The position numbers were made by a program, and so were the translations under genes. The notes beneath the pieces are model-generated. The model had not been told where the DNA came from and did not search any database. It saw only the letters and a program-made list of their open reading frames with translations. 64,000 nt of DNA from an uncultured Gammaproteobacteria bacterium (lineage in GTDB: Bacteria; Patescibacteriota; Patescibacteriia; S139-126): positions 90,890 through 154,889 of the forward strand of contig CAZUKA010000001.1 of NCBI GenBank assembly GCA_964620905.1, written 5' to 3'. Positions 27,420-37,997 of this stretch are shown here, in pieces. Position 1 is the first letter of the stretch, and each line of letters opens with the position of its first letter.

Positions 27420-28163
27420 ATGGAAACAGGTTCAGTATTGACAGTCAAGAATATTAGCAAAAATTATAAATCAATTCGCGCCGTAACTGACGTTTCTTTT
27501 GGAATTTCTCAAGGAGAGGTTGTTGGCTTGCTTGGACCGAATGGGGCAGGTAAAACTACTATTATCAATATAATTTTAGGAGTATTGGAAGCAAGTATTG
27601 GGGAGGTAGAAATTTTAGGAAAAAATTTAAGAACTGATCGATCAGTGATGTCGCAAATAAATTTCGCCGCGGTTTATGCTCAATTGCCTGGCAATTTAAC
27701 CGTTTGGCAAAATCTCTACATTTTTGGCTTATTGTATGGAGTCGTTAATTTAGCAGGACGGATAAAAGAACTATTGTCAGATTTAGAACTGGAAAATTTT
27801 GCTCAAACCAAAGTAGGACTTTTATCTTCTGGTGAGCAGACTAGGGTATCTTTAGCTAAAGCTTTGCTCAATCAACCAAAATTACTACTACTTGATGAAC
27901 CAACTGCATCGCTTGACCCTAGTAGTGCCCAGGTGATACGGGCGAAGATAAAAGATTATGTGCAACAGACAAATTCGGCTGTGTTGTGGACTTCACACAA
28001 TATGCACGAAGTGGCAGCAGTTTGTGATCGGGTAATGTTTATTTCGCGTGGGCAAATCTGTTTGGCTGGTAATCCTCGTGAACTACCCGTAGCTTATGGG
28101 AAAAGAGATTTAGAAGATCTTTTTATCGCAGTAGCCAGAGAAAATTTAAAAGTCAAAATATGA
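27420..28163 (+). CDS. ABC transporter ATP-binding protein
   Basis: GPNGAGKTT, LSSGE, LLLDEPT. Confidence 0.92.
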   Translation: METGSVLTVKNISKNYKSIRAVTDVSFGISQGEVVGLLGPNGAGKTTIINIILGVLEASIGEVEILGKNLRTDRSVMSQINFAAVYAQLPGNLTVWQNLYIFGLLYGVVNLAGRIKELLSDLELENFAQTKVGLLSSGEQTRVSLAKALLNQPKLLLLDEPTASLDPSSAQVIRAKIKDYVQQTNSAVLWTSHNMHEVAAVCDRVMFISRGQICLAGNPRELPVAYGKRDLEDLFIAVARENLKVKI

Positions 28164-28966
28164 ATTTCCGGCGAGTTTATGCAATATTTATACGCCAACT
28201 TTTTTTGATCAGGCATAACTTTACCAGACTGGTAAATATTTTTGTTTGGATAACTGTAGATATAATTTTGTGGGGTTTTATTACCCGCTACCTTGATTCA
28301 GTTACAGCTGTTGGATTTAGTTTTGTACCGGTTTTATTGGGAGCGGTAGTTTTGTGGGATTTTTTAATTCGTATTCAACAAGGAGTGATGCTGGCTTTTT
28401 TTGAAGATATGTGGCAGCGGAATTTTTTTAATTTTTTTGCCTCACCTTTGACTATTCCTGAATATGTTACCGGGTTGGTTATAACAAGTATTATTACCAG
28501 TTTTGCAGGATTAGTAGTAATGTTGGGGCTGGCACTGCTTTTATTTGGTTTTAATATTTTTGTTCTGGGTGGTAGTTTAATCTTATTTTTACTTATTTTA
28601 TTTTTATTTGGTTTGACTTTGGGTATATTTGCGGCCGGGGTAGTGTTGCGTTTTGGTCCGGCAGCGGAATGGTTTGTCTGGCCAATTCCATTTATCATTT
28701 CACCATTGGCGGGTGTTTTTTATCCCACCACTGCTCTACCAGATTTTTTGCAAAATTTTGCTAGTTTAGTACCGCCAGCCTATGCTTTCAATGGCTTGCG
28801 TCAGATTTTACAAACCGGACAAATTCCTGGTTTTGAACTTTTGGTTGGTATTGGTTTAGGATTGGTTTACTTGTTTTTTGCTTATTTATTTTTTGTTCGA
28901 ATTTATAAGTATGTTATTCGAAGTGGTTTAATTTCTCGTTTTACAGCAGAAAATACTTCCAACTAA
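28160..28966 (+). CDS. ABC-2 type permease
   Basis: About six TM segments, SPL, GVFYP...LP; overlaps the ATPase stop. Confidence 0.88.
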   Translation: MNFRRVYAIFIRQLFLIRHNFTRLVNIFVWITVDIILWGFITRYLDSVTAVGFSFVPVLLGAVVLWDFLIRIQQGVMLAFFEDMWQRNFFNFFASPLTIPEYVTGLVITSIITSFAGLVVMLGLALLLFGFNIFVLGGSLILFLLILFLFGLTLGIFAAGVVLRFGPAAEWFVWPIPFIISPLAGVFYPTTALPDFLQNFASLVPPAYAFNGLRQILQTGQIPGFELLVGIGLGLVYLFFAYLFFVRIYKYVIRSGLISRFTAENTSN

Positions 28967-29026
28967 TTTTTTTAAAATTTTTTAAAGAAAAAGGCTTTTT
29001 TAGTATAAAGAATTTAAAAATTAAGA

Positions 29027-29055
29027 TTGACAAACTAGAAACAATTTAATATATT
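29027..29055 (+). promoter_or_regulatory. sigma70 promoter
   Basis: TTGACA-17-TATATT. Confidence 0.65.
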
Positions 29056-29113
29056 TTTATAATCGTTTCCTTAATAATTAATCCTAACAATCAAAAATCA
29101 AGGAGTACTCATA

Positions 29114-29584
29114 ATGAAATCAAAACACTCTGTATCAGTGGAACAAGTATTTTCTCTCCTGCAAGAGAAGACACCGTGTTGTGAAATAAAGAACGAACAA
29201 ATAAAATGTTCGGCCGCTTTTCATAGCCATCGGTACTGTTATGATCTTTTTATAAAAAAACAGCAAAATGATTTTTCTTTAGTTTTCATGGATACCGAAG
29301 AGGTAAAAAGTCCAGTTGATATATTAGTTGAAGCCGGTATATTTTTTACCGAATTAAATATTTCTGAAAAAAATATTATCCAAAGGGCTGGTAGTGTACA
29401 AGTAATAGTACCGAGTACAAAAATTGTTCCAGTTTTAAAAAAATTGAATATTTATTGTCCGCAAGACGACGAAACAATTTTATTGCCGGAGGATTTTACC
29501 GGCCTAAGTAAAAAGCAGATTGACAATAAATGTTTAGAAATTGAAGACCTGGATGATTTTGATGAAAATTACAATATAGTATAA
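29114..29584 (+). CDS. Hypothetical protein with acidic C-terminus
   Basis: 156-aa ORF with AAGGAG SD at 29100-29105, own promoter and downstream hairpin. Confidence 0.7.
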   Translation: MKSKHSVSVEQVFSLLQEKTPCCEIKNEQIKCSAAFHSHRYCYDLFIKKQQNDFSLVFMDTEEVKSPVDILVEAGIFFTELNISEKNIIQRAGSVQVIVPSTKIVPVLKKLNIYCPQDDETILLPEDFTGLSKKQIDNKCLEIEDLDDFDENYNIV

Positions 29585-29588
29585 AAAT

Positions 29589-29611
29589 AATCCCGCAAAT
29601 TTTGCGGGATT
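29589..29611. terminator. Hairpin, probable terminator
   Basis: AATCCCGCAAA-T-TTTGCGGGATT. Confidence 0.6.
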
Positions 29612-29616
29612 TAATA

Positions 29617-29645
29617 TTGACAAAAAATATCAGTGGTTGTAGATT
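29617..29645 (+). promoter_or_regulatory. sigma70 promoter
   Basis: TTGACA-17-TAGATT. Confidence 0.55.
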
Positions 29646-29683
29646 GAGTTGACTTAGCAATTAACAAAAATATAGGAGTGAAA

Positions 29684-29938
29684 ATGTTCTTTAAAAAATT
29701 TATTGCCCAAAACGGCGATACCTACATATTTGTGGGTGCAAGTGTAAAAGCTATTATGCGTGATACAAATTTTGGCACCGGTTTTGCTGGTGAAGAATTT
29801 ATAAAAAGTGAAAGTTTGACTTTTCATCAAGTGATGCATCTCAAGAATCTTAAACACTATCAGTCGGGGATAGAAGCCATAAACAAAGGCACCCCAAGTT
29901 ATCTGATTGCTATTTTAGATCCGGGCGACTCAATTTGA
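29684..29938 (+). CDS. Hypothetical small protein
   Basis: AGGAG at 29674-29678 ahead of ATG 29684; terminator overlaps the stop. Confidence 0.6.
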   Translation: MFFKKFIAQNGDTYIFVGASVKAIMRDTNFGTGFAGEEFIKSESLTFHQVMHLKNLKHYQSGIEAINKGTPSYLIAILDPGDSI

Positions 29939-29950
29939 GTCGCTTTTTTT
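29923..29950 (+). terminator. Intrinsic terminator
   Basis: GGGCGACTCA-ATT-TGAGTCGCTT plus T run. Confidence 0.7.
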
Positions 29951-30026
29951 AATTTTAAAAAAATTTATTATGAGGTGTAGTAAAAATTGACTAAAAATAT
30001 TAAAATAAAGAAAACAAGGTAAATCT

Positions 30027-30935
30027 ATGAAAAAAAACAAATACCAGTGTGAAGTGGTTGATATTATCACCCCCAATAAAATTCTTTTAAACGGTTTGTG
30101 GTTTGGTACCCAGGCGGCTAAATTTGGTTTTATTTATGTTCACGGTCTGGCTAGTAGTGTTTTTTCCAAGATCGATTTGTTGACTTCTTTGGCAGGAAAA
30201 AATTTTTCTGTTCTCGCTATAAATACGCGTGGCCATGATAAAGTGACTAGAGTGCCAAAGCTTGATAAACGTACTAATAAAGGTTATCGTAGTCTTCGTG
30301 CCGGGGGAGCACATGAAGTTTTTACTGAATGTAAAGATGACCTAGCTGGAGCAGTTGAGTTTATGTTGGCAAGAAAAATAAGAAACATTTATTTGATCGG
30401 ACATTCGACTGGTTGCCAAAAATCAGTATATTATTTAGCGGTAGGTAAGCATAGAGAAAAAGTAAAAGGAGCAATTTTACTTTGTCCGATGAGTGATTAT
30501 GCAGCGGCGGTTAAATTTTTTGGACAAGAGAAATTGAAAAAAATTGCTAGTCTTGCTAAACAAATGGTCCACCGTGGTCAAAAACATCATCTTATACCGC
30601 TTGATTTGTGGCCAAGCTATGATGATGCCCAACGATTTTTAAGTTTGTATACCGCCCATAGCCATGAGGAAATATTTTCTTATGTAACTGCTCACAAAAA
30701 TCCAAAATTTTTAATTGGCGTCAAAAAGCCATTATTGGTGGTGTTGGCTAGTGAAGATGAATATCAAGATCGACCAACCGAACAAATAGCCGATTGGTTT
30801 AAAAAATATTTGTCTAGCACTAGTAGTCGTGTTGTTATTTTGACCAATGCCAAACATTCGTTGTCTGGTTATGAAGTAACAACCGTGAAACTGATCAGAA
30901 GCTGGCTAAATAATTTTAAAAACAAAAAATATTAG
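30027..30935 (+). CDS. Alpha/beta hydrolase (DUF1749-like)
   Basis: HGL, GHSTGCQ nucleophile motif, D and H triad candidates (DEY, AKH). Confidence 0.8.
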   Translation: MKKNKYQCEVVDIITPNKILLNGLWFGTQAAKFGFIYVHGLASSVFSKIDLLTSLAGKNFSVLAINTRGHDKVTRVPKLDKRTNKGYRSLRAGGAHEVFTECKDDLAGAVEFMLARKIRNIYLIGHSTGCQKSVYYLAVGKHREKVKGAILLCPMSDYAAAVKFFGQEKLKKIASLAKQMVHRGQKHHLIPLDLWPSYDDAQRFLSLYTAHSHEEIFSYVTAHKNPKFLIGVKKPLLVVLASEDEYQDRPTEQIADWFKKYLSSTSSRVVILTNAKHSLSGYEVTTVKLIRSWLNNFKNKKY

Positions 30936-31035
30936 ACCAAGTTTTGACCCTAGCTAAGCATTTGCCAGAAAAAAATGTTTTAGCTAAATTTGTCAATTGA
31001 TCTTTTTTGAAAATTAAGCTAAATTTAGTTTAAAT

Positions 31036-32652
31036 ATGGCCAACGAAACCAATAAAAAAGTTTACACTTTGTTTTTACCACTTTTGGAGTTAATTCGGGT
31101 TTTTGAAAAAACTGCCCAAATTGAATTACCTCCCGAAGATTCGCGTCTTAGACTGAATCGCGTGGTTTCTAAGATCTCATTTTTTTATGAAAAGTTGAGA
31201 AACGCAGTTGATTATGCAGACGATCATTTACTTCGCGAACGGGCAATTTTGCGTAATCTTAAACGCACTCTGACCTTACCCAATCGCAAAGGAAATTTGA
31301 TAGCTAAACCTTTGGTTTATGACTTGATTCGTGCTGGTTATTTGCCCAATGATCAGTTACCCGAAGCAATTGTTGGAGAAACTGAAAAGTTGATTGATCG
31401 TTTTATATTATTGAATGATTATATTGGCAGTTATAAAGAAAAACAGGAAAAGGTAGTTTTATTTGATTTTTTACTGCCACTACTAGCGATTGAAATTGAC
31501 GATTTATTGGTACCCAAAGATCGCGATAATGCCTTGGTTGAATGTATGTATCAAGTGGTAAAAAAAGATGTAGTAGTAACTGATACCCGATTTAGTGAGA
31601 CGGATAAAAAAATTCAATTATACGTATCAATCTTACTTTCTTTAATGAAACATGATGAAGCCAGAGTCAGTTTTTATTTATTGCTTCTGTATATACCACA
31701 CTGGAGTCAAGCCACTGATAAGGAAGTATTGTTGATAGCCCAAAATATTGGTGATATTCATACCAAAATTAAGCGTCAAATAGAAAATCCGTTGCGCAAT
31801 TTGTATATTCGAATTTTACGCAAATACAATGTTTTATTTTTAATTATTCGGGATATAATCCAAGAATATCCATTGCAAGCTTTGGAAATTTGGAAACAGC
31901 CATCGTTACTTGAAGAGCGGATTAGGCAAGCAGCCAAACGAAGATATAAGATTTCTCGAACCAAACTGACTCGTAGTATTATTCGCAGTATTATTTATTT
32001 GTTTATAACCAAAATGATTTTGGCGGTTTTGTTGGAATTTCCGCTTGATTTAATGTTGGAAACAACTATCAATTATACTACGGTAATTATCAATGTTTTA
32101 TTTCCGCCAATGCTGATGTTTATAATTGGTCTTTTCATTCGAGTACCGGGTATAAAAAATACTGATAAAATTGTCCAAGGTATCAAAGAAATATCTTATC
32201 AGTTTGAGGAGCGTAATGTGATTAGGAAAATAAAAAAACCCATTAAACGAAGCGTACTTATGACCAGAGCTTTTCGTTTTGTCTATGCAATAATTTTTAT
32301 TTTTACATTTAGTTTGATTGTCTATGGCTTAGATTATCTAGGATTCAATATCGCCAGTATGGTTATCTTTTTATTTTTCCTTAGCGTAGTATCATTTTTT
32401 TCAATCCGTATTTCACAGTCAGCCCGGGAATTGCATATTGTAGAAAAAAAAGAAAACATTTTTACTTTTATCAAAGATTTTTTATCATTACCAATTTTGG
32501 AATCAGGCCGATGGTTGTCAGCTAAATTAAATAAGATTAATTTTTTTGTAGTATTTTTTGATTTTATTATTGAAGCACCATTTAAAGTAATAGTGGAAGC
32601 AATCGAAGAGTGGACCGGCTATGTCCGAGAGAAAAAAGAGGATATTTATTAA
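31036..32652 (+). CDS. Hypothetical membrane protein (large soluble N-terminus, about four TM segments)
   Basis: 538-aa ORF; YEKLRNAVDY..DHLLRERAI.R; function not recognised. Confidence 0.75.
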   Translation: MANETNKKVYTLFLPLLELIRVFEKTAQIELPPEDSRLRLNRVVSKISFFYEKLRNAVDYADDHLLRERAILRNLKRTLTLPNRKGNLIAKPLVYDLIRAGYLPNDQLPEAIVGETEKLIDRFILLNDYIGSYKEKQEKVVLFDFLLPLLAIEIDDLLVPKDRDNALVECMYQVVKKDVVVTDTRFSETDKKIQLYVSILLSLMKHDEARVSFYLLLLYIPHWSQATDKEVLLIAQNIGDIHTKIKRQIENPLRNLYIRILRKYNVLFLIIRDIIQEYPLQALEIWKQPSLLEERIRQAAKRRYKISRTKLTRSIIRSIIYLFITKMILAVLLEFPLDLMLETTINYTTVIINVLFPPMLMFIIGLFIRVPGIKNTDKIVQGIKEISYQFEERNVIRKIKKPIKRSVLMTRAFRFVYAIIFIFTFSLIVYGLDYLGFNIASMVIFLFFLSVVSFFSIRISQSARELHIVEKKENIFTFIKDFLSLPILESGRWLSAKLNKINFFVVFFDFIIEAPFKVIVEAIEEWTGYVREKKEDIY

Positions 32653-32686
32653 AAATTGATGTTTTTATAAAATTGTCTAATAACGG

Positions 32687-32715
32687 TTGACAAAATCCGT
32701 TTTTTTTGCTATACT
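32687..32715 (+). promoter_or_regulatory. sigma70 promoter with extended -10
   Basis: TTGACA-17-TATACT, TGn before the -10. Confidence 0.6.
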
Positions 32716-32755
32716 TATTAGTTAATAAAATATTTGCTATAATATAATTAGCATT

Positions 32756-34123
32756 ATGAACAAACAAACAAAGAAAAAACCGGAGAAAAAGAAAGGTCAA
32801 TGGTGGAAACTTTTGGTGGTTTTATGCGGTTTAGGATTTTTGTTTTTTCCCCGCCGACAGCAAATAAAAAAGAATTTGGTTGAACAAAAAAATAGATTTG
32901 CGTTGATTTTAAATGAAGAGTGTAAATATATACCTGAAAAAATAGAAAATTTTAGAAAACGTTGGTTTATTTTTTGGCGAGATTTTTTTATTCCCAACCA
33001 AAACAATAATCATCAACCTCACGGTTTATCAACCCGCTATTTGAAAGCTTATGCGGTAGTTTTAGTTTTAATAAAAGTGATTACGGTAGGATTTTTATTT
33101 TTTACCTATCCAACACCGGCAATTTTATCGCAAAAGATAGCACAGGAAATTTTTGATTTAACCAACCAGTCCCGACAAGCAGAAAATATAAACATTTTAA
33201 ATTGGAACGAGGAGTTAACTCGTGCTGCCCAAGTTAAAGCAGATGATATGGTAACCAATGGCTATTTTGCCCATATCAGTCCTGATGGCAAGCAACCTTG
33301 GGAATGGATAGATAAAGGTGATTATTATTTTCTTTATATGGGTGAAAATCTAGCTATGGATTTTTCTTCCGCTCGAATTGCCCACAGTGCTTTTCAACAA
33401 TCTCCAACTCATTGGAAAAATATTATGAATGCTAAATATCAAGATATGGGCGTAGGAGTGGCGGTAGGCACAATTAATAATCGGGAAACAATCGTGCTAG
33501 TGGAATTTTTTGGTGCGCAAAAACAAGCTCCGACAGTTGTTCCTGTAGCTCAAGCTGCTGAAACAAAACAAGTAGCAGCGGCATCAACACCGATTGAAGT
33601 AAATATGCCAACGGATGAATCAGCTGTCATTCCCGTTGAACCAACAACTGAGAAGCAAGTAGCAAAACCTATTCCTTCGACCGAGCAAATTACTGATCAG
33701 CCAGCCGCAACGCCACCGACCGTAGTCGAATCAGTGGTAAATGAAGATATTAATATCAAAACTGATGAAAGTTTACCTGATAGTTTACCTGCTGAAGTTA
33801 TTGCGCCTCAACCACAAGAATTAACCCCCGAAATAAATGTGCCCGCAGAAGTAAATATTGCTGATCAACCAATAGTTATCACCAGCACCAGTCAAGAAAT
33901 GTCTAAAAGTTTAGTTGATTATGTAATTATATTTACCCGCTATGCTTTGCTTGCATTTTTACTAGCCTTTATAATTATGTTACTTATCAATGTTTTGGTC
34001 AGACCACATATACAGCATGGTCATATGATTGTTCAAAGTTTGGGTTTAATTGCTTTGACTTCAACTTTACTTCTTACTAAGTTTCATTTTGTGGAAGAAA
34101 TATTGGTAGTAATGATTTTTTGA
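32756..34123 (+). CDS. CAP (SCP) domain membrane protein
   Basis: LTNQSR, AAQVKADDM, YFAH.SPDG, GENLA, SPTHWKNI; Pro/Thr/Glu-rich linker; C-terminal TMs. Confidence 0.85.
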   Translation: MNKQTKKKPEKKKGQWWKLLVVLCGLGFLFFPRRQQIKKNLVEQKNRFALILNEECKYIPEKIENFRKRWFIFWRDFFIPNQNNNHQPHGLSTRYLKAYAVVLVLIKVITVGFLFFTYPTPAILSQKIAQEIFDLTNQSRQAENINILNWNEELTRAAQVKADDMVTNGYFAHISPDGKQPWEWIDKGDYYFLYMGENLAMDFSSARIAHSAFQQSPTHWKNIMNAKYQDMGVGVAVGTINNRETIVLVEFFGAQKQAPTVVPVAQAAETKQVAAASTPIEVNMPTDESAVIPVEPTTEKQVAKPIPSTEQITDQPAATPPTVVESVVNEDINIKTDESLPDSLPAEVIAPQPQELTPEINVPAEVNIADQPIVITSTSQEMSKSLVDYVIIFTRYALLAFLLAFIIMLLINVLVRPHIQHGHMIVQSLGLIALTSTLLLTKFHFVEEILVVMIF

Positions 34124-34145
34124 GCTCAAAAAGTAATTATTTTTT

Positions 34146-34174
34146 AGTCCGAAGGGCAATCCCTTCGGACTTTG
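34146..34174 (+). terminator. Terminator hairpin
   Basis: AGTCCGAAGGG-CAAT-CCCTTCGGACT. Confidence 0.65.
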
Positions 34175-34228
34175 CTTTTATGGCTGTTTTGTGTTAAAAT
34201 TTTTATGAATTATTATTTTTAAAATAGT

Positions 34229-35227
34229 ATGGTTGAACAAAAAAACATTATCGTTACCGGTGGTGCCGGGTTTATCGGTTCTCACCTCTGTGATGAATTG
34301 GTAAAAAAAGGACACCAGGTTATTTGTCTAGATAATTTTATTAGTGGTAGTAGAAGTAATATTGAATTTTTATTACAACAACCAAATTTTAGATTTATCA
34401 ATCATGACATTACCACCCCGATTGATTTGGCTAATTTGCCAGAATTGAAAAATTTTTATTTGGAAGCCAAGGGTATTCACGAAATTTATCATTTGGCTTG
34501 TCCGATTTCTTATAAAGACTATCGTGATTTACCTTTGGAAACAATTATTACCAACTCTCACGGCACTAGAAACATGCTAGAAATAGCCGTAAAATTTCAA
34601 GCAAAGTTTTTTTTAGCTTCAACCTCTTCCATCTATGGTGAGCCATTAAAAAATATCAGGTATTTTAAGGAAGATTATTGGGGTTATGTAAATCCCATTG
34701 GTCCAAGAAGCGCTTACAATGAAGGTAAACGTTTTGCTGAAAGTTTGACTTTCAATTATGCCCAACATCATCATATAAAAATAAAAATCGCCAGAATTTT
34801 TCAGACATATGGTCCGCGAATGAGATTCAATGATGCTCGGTTGATTCCTGATATAATTAGATCTGCTTTACAAGATGAGGAATTAGTAATCTTTGGCGAT
34901 GAGGGAGTTAGTACTTCATTTTTATATATTTCCGATTTGATAGATGGAATTTTGAAAACGATGGAGACAGAGGAAAATTTAGTTGTAAATTTTGGTCATC
35001 CTAAAGAAGTCAAAGTTGAAGAGGCTGCCCGAATAATCAAAGAGTTAACTGATTCTAAATCAGAAATTGTTTATCGAGAAGCACCACTTTATATTATGAA
35101 ACACGGGCTACCAGATATTACCAAAGCCAAAGAAACTTTGGGTTGGTTCCCTTTGGTTGATTTGCGTAACGGTCTGACTAAAACGATTGAATATATGAAA
35201 GCCCAAAAAAATTTAGTGGAAATTTAA
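34229..35227 (+). CDS. NAD-dependent epimerase/dehydratase (UDP-glucuronate decarboxylase-like)
   Basis: TGGAGFIGSHL, IYHLACP, YWGYVNPIGPRSAYNEGKRFAE. Confidence 0.85.
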   Translation: MVEQKNIIVTGGAGFIGSHLCDELVKKGHQVICLDNFISGSRSNIEFLLQQPNFRFINHDITTPIDLANLPELKNFYLEAKGIHEIYHLACPISYKDYRDLPLETIITNSHGTRNMLEIAVKFQAKFFLASTSSIYGEPLKNIRYFKEDYWGYVNPIGPRSAYNEGKRFAESLTFNYAQHHHIKIKIARIFQTYGPRMRFNDARLIPDIIRSALQDEELVIFGDEGVSTSFLYISDLIDGILKTMETEENLVVNFGHPKEVKVEEAARIIKELTDSKSEIVYREAPLYIMKHGLPDITKAKETLGWFPLVDLRNGLTKTIEYMKAQKNLVEI

Positions 35228-35245
35228 TTATTTACAAATTTTTTT

Positions 35246-36403
35246 ATGGAAAGAAATATATTTACTTCAGAATCTGTTACGGAAGGTCACCCTGATAAAG
35301 TTTGTGATCAAATTTCTGACGCGATTTTGGATGAGTTATTGCGTCATGATTCTCAGGCTCGGGCCGGAATAGAGTGTTTAGTCACCACTGGTTTAGTGGT
35401 GGTAGCAGGGGAGATTAATACTAAAACTTATGTGGATATAGCTAATATAGCTCGTCGGACAGTAAAAGAAATTGGCTATGAAAATCACAGTATGGGCTTT
35501 CATGGAGATGATTGCGGGGTACTAGTTGCTATTGATGAGCAATCACCTGATATTGCTCAAGGAGTTGATAAAAATCGCGGCAAGTATAAAGTTCAAGGGG
35601 CAGGTGATCAAGGCTTAATGTTTGGTTATGCCTGCCAAGAGACGCCAGAATATATGCCGTTGCCAATTATGTTAGCCCATCGGATGGCTAAAAGACTGGC
35701 TGAAGTTAGAAAGAAGAAAATATTGCCTTATTTGGGGCCAGACGGCAAAGTTGAAGTGGCAGTTGAGTATTTAGATGATCGTCCTTATCGACTTGATACG
35801 GTGGTAATAGCGGCGCAGCATTTGCCCGAGGCAAAGTCCAATGTAATTTATCATGATTTGATTGATAAAGTCGTAAAGTTTGTCGGGAAAAAATATATCG
35901 ATTCTCAAACAAGGTTTTATATAAATGCTACTGGTAAGTTTGTTAAAGGTGGCCCGCCAGCAGATGCTGGACTGACAGGAAGAAAAATAATTGTTGATAC
36001 TTACGGTGGCTATGCACCGCACGGCGGAGGTGCATTTTCTGGCAAAGATCCATCTAAGGTAGATCGTAGTGCGGCTTATATGGCTCGTTATATTGCAAAA
36101 AATATTGTTGCCGCCAATTTAGCTACCAAATGTTTAATTCAATTGGCTTATGTTATTGGTGTGGCTGAACCGGTTTCTATTTTGGTAAATACTGAAGGAA
36201 CTGGAAAAGTTTCTGATCGTAAGTTAGAACAAATGGTGCGGAAGATTTTCCCTTTGACACCGGCTGGTATTATTAAACATTTAAATTTATTACGTCCAAT
36301 TTATAGACAAACTGCAGCTTATGGTCATTTTGGTCGCGAAGAGAAAGACTTTACTTGGGAAAAAACAGATCAGGTGGGAAAAATAAAAAAATATTTTTTT
36401 TAG
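35246..36403 (+). CDS. metK: S-adenosylmethionine synthetase
   Basis: [35 protein letters not shown]. Confidence 0.97.
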   Translation: MERNIFTSESVTEGHPDKVCDQISDAILDELLRHDSQARAGIECLVTTGLVVVAGEINTKTYVDIANIARRTVKEIGYENHSMGFHGDDCGVLVAIDEQSPDIAQGVDKNRGKYKVQGAGDQGLMFGYACQETPEYMPLPIMLAHRMAKRLAEVRKKKILPYLGPDGKVEVAVEYLDDRPYRLDTVVIAAQHLPEAKSNVIYHDLIDKVVKFVGKKYIDSQTRFYINATGKFVKGGPPADAGLTGRKIIVDTYGGYAPHGGGAFSGKDPSKVDRSAAYMARYIAKNIVAANLATKCLIQLAYVIGVAEPVSILVNTEGTGKVSDRKLEQMVRKIFPLTPAGIIKHLNLLRPIYRQTAAYGHFGREEKDFTWEKTDQVGKIKKYFF

Positions 36404-36406
36404 TTT

Positions 36407-37333
36407 ATGAAAGTATTGGTCACCGGTGGAGCCGGTTTTATTGGTTCTCATTTGGTTGATAGTTTACTCGCGTCAGGTCATGAGGTGGCAGTAGTTGATG
36501 ATTTATCAAGCGGACACAAAGAATATTTACCAACTGGAATATCTTTTTGGCAGCAAAGTATTGACCAATCTGAGCCGCTGACAAAAATTTTTAGTACTTA
36601 CCAACCCGAGATCATTTTTCATTTAGCTGCTCAGAAAGATGTCAGGTTGTCGATAAAAAATCCCAGTATTGATGCTCGTATCAATATTCTGGGGACTTTA
36701 AATTTACTGGAATTGTCTTTGGTAAATAATGTTAAAAAATTTATTTTTGCTTCTAGTGGGGGAGCAATTTATGATGCAGAAGATAGATTACCACTGACGG
36801 AATTAGCACGAGCTAAACCCCTGTCTCCTTATGGGTTGACTAAATATGTTGTTGATAAATATTTAGAGATTTTTTTTCAACTAAAGAATTTAAATTATAC
36901 CAGTTTGCGTTTAGCTAATGTCTATGGTCCGCGTCAGGATCCTTTTGGTGAGGCGGGGGTAGTGGCAATTTTTTTTAAACAATTAATAAAAGGTGAAAAA
37001 GTTTTTTTGAATGGCGGTGGTTTGCAAACTCGTGATTTTGTCTATGTTAAGGATGTGGCCGAAGCGTTTAATCAAGCAGCACAAGTTGATAAATGTGGTA
37101 TTTTCAATATTGGTACTAGTAAAGAAACTAGTATTGTCGATCTTTTTCAATTGCAAAAAAAAGTTTGTCAAAAAAATATTGAAGCAATAAAAAAGTCGGC
37201 TATTGCTGGCGAAGTTGTTCGTAATGCATTAGATTATACTCAGGCTAAAAAATATTTGAATTGGAAGCCTAAATATGATCTACTAGCTGGACTAGAGGAA
37301 ACTTATACCTGGTTTAGAAATAAAATTTTATGA
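36407..37333 (+). CDS. UDP-glucose 4-epimerase-like SDR
   Basis: TGGAGFIG, SSGGAIY, SPYGLTK, NVYGPRQDP.GEAGVV. Confidence 0.85.
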   Translation: MKVLVTGGAGFIGSHLVDSLLASGHEVAVVDDLSSGHKEYLPTGISFWQQSIDQSEPLTKIFSTYQPEIIFHLAAQKDVRLSIKNPSIDARINILGTLNLLELSLVNNVKKFIFASSGGAIYDAEDRLPLTELARAKPLSPYGLTKYVVDKYLEIFFQLKNLNYTSLRLANVYGPRQDPFGEAGVVAIFFKQLIKGEKVFLNGGGLQTRDFVYVKDVAEAFNQAAQVDKCGIFNIGTSKETSIVDLFQLQKKVCQKNIEAIKKSAIAGEVVRNALDYTQAKKYLNWKPKYDLLAGLEETYTWFRNKIL

Positions 37334-37995
37334 AAATTTTTATTGTTATTCCGGCTTACAATGAAGTTAATAGCATAAAAAAGGTTTTACTTGATTTAAA
37401 AACTTTCAATTATCATAATATTGTAGTTGTAGATGATGGCTCAGACGATGGTACAGCAGAAATGGCTGAGTCTCAAGGGGTGGTGGTATTGCGTCATATT
37501 ATTAACCGCGGTATGGGTGCGGCTTTACAAACCGGGAATGATTATGCTCTTAGTCAGGCGGCAGATATTATAGTTCATTTTGATGCTGACGGACAGATGC
37601 AAGCCAAAGATATTGAAAAGTTGGTCCAGCCAATTATAACTGGTAAAGCTGATATTACTCTGGGTAGCCGTTTTTTGGTAACGAATTCTGATATGCCCTG
37701 GAGTAAAAAAAGATTGGTTTTACCCTTGTCTAAATTGGTAAATTATTTTTTTACTAAGCTCTGGTTGACCGACGCCCACAATGGCTTTCGTTCCCAGTCA
37801 CGTTTGGCAGCTGAAAAAATAAAAATTAGTCACGATCGTATGGCTCACAATACCGAGATTGTGGAAAAAATAAAAAAATATAAATTGAATTATCTGGAAG
37901 TGCCGGTGGAGATAAAATATTTTGAATACGGTCAAGGGGTGAAAGGTGGATTTAAAATTTTAAAAGATTTATTGTTGGGAAAATTAATTAGATAA
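37330..37995 (+). CDS. GT2, polyprenol-phosphate glycosyltransferase (DPM1-like)
   Basis: IPAYNE, VDDGS, FDADGQ, GSRF, TDAHNGFR. Confidence 0.88.
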   Translation: MKIFIVIPAYNEVNSIKKVLLDLKTFNYHNIVVVDDGSDDGTAEMAESQGVVVLRHIINRGMGAALQTGNDYALSQAADIIVHFDADGQMQAKDIEKLVQPIITGKADITLGSRFLVTNSDMPWSKKRLVLPLSKLVNYFFTKLWLTDAHNGFRSQSRLAAEKIKISHDRMAHNTEIVEKIKKYKLNYLEVPVEIKYFEYGQGVKGGFKILKDLLLGKLIR

Positions 37996-37997
37996 CT

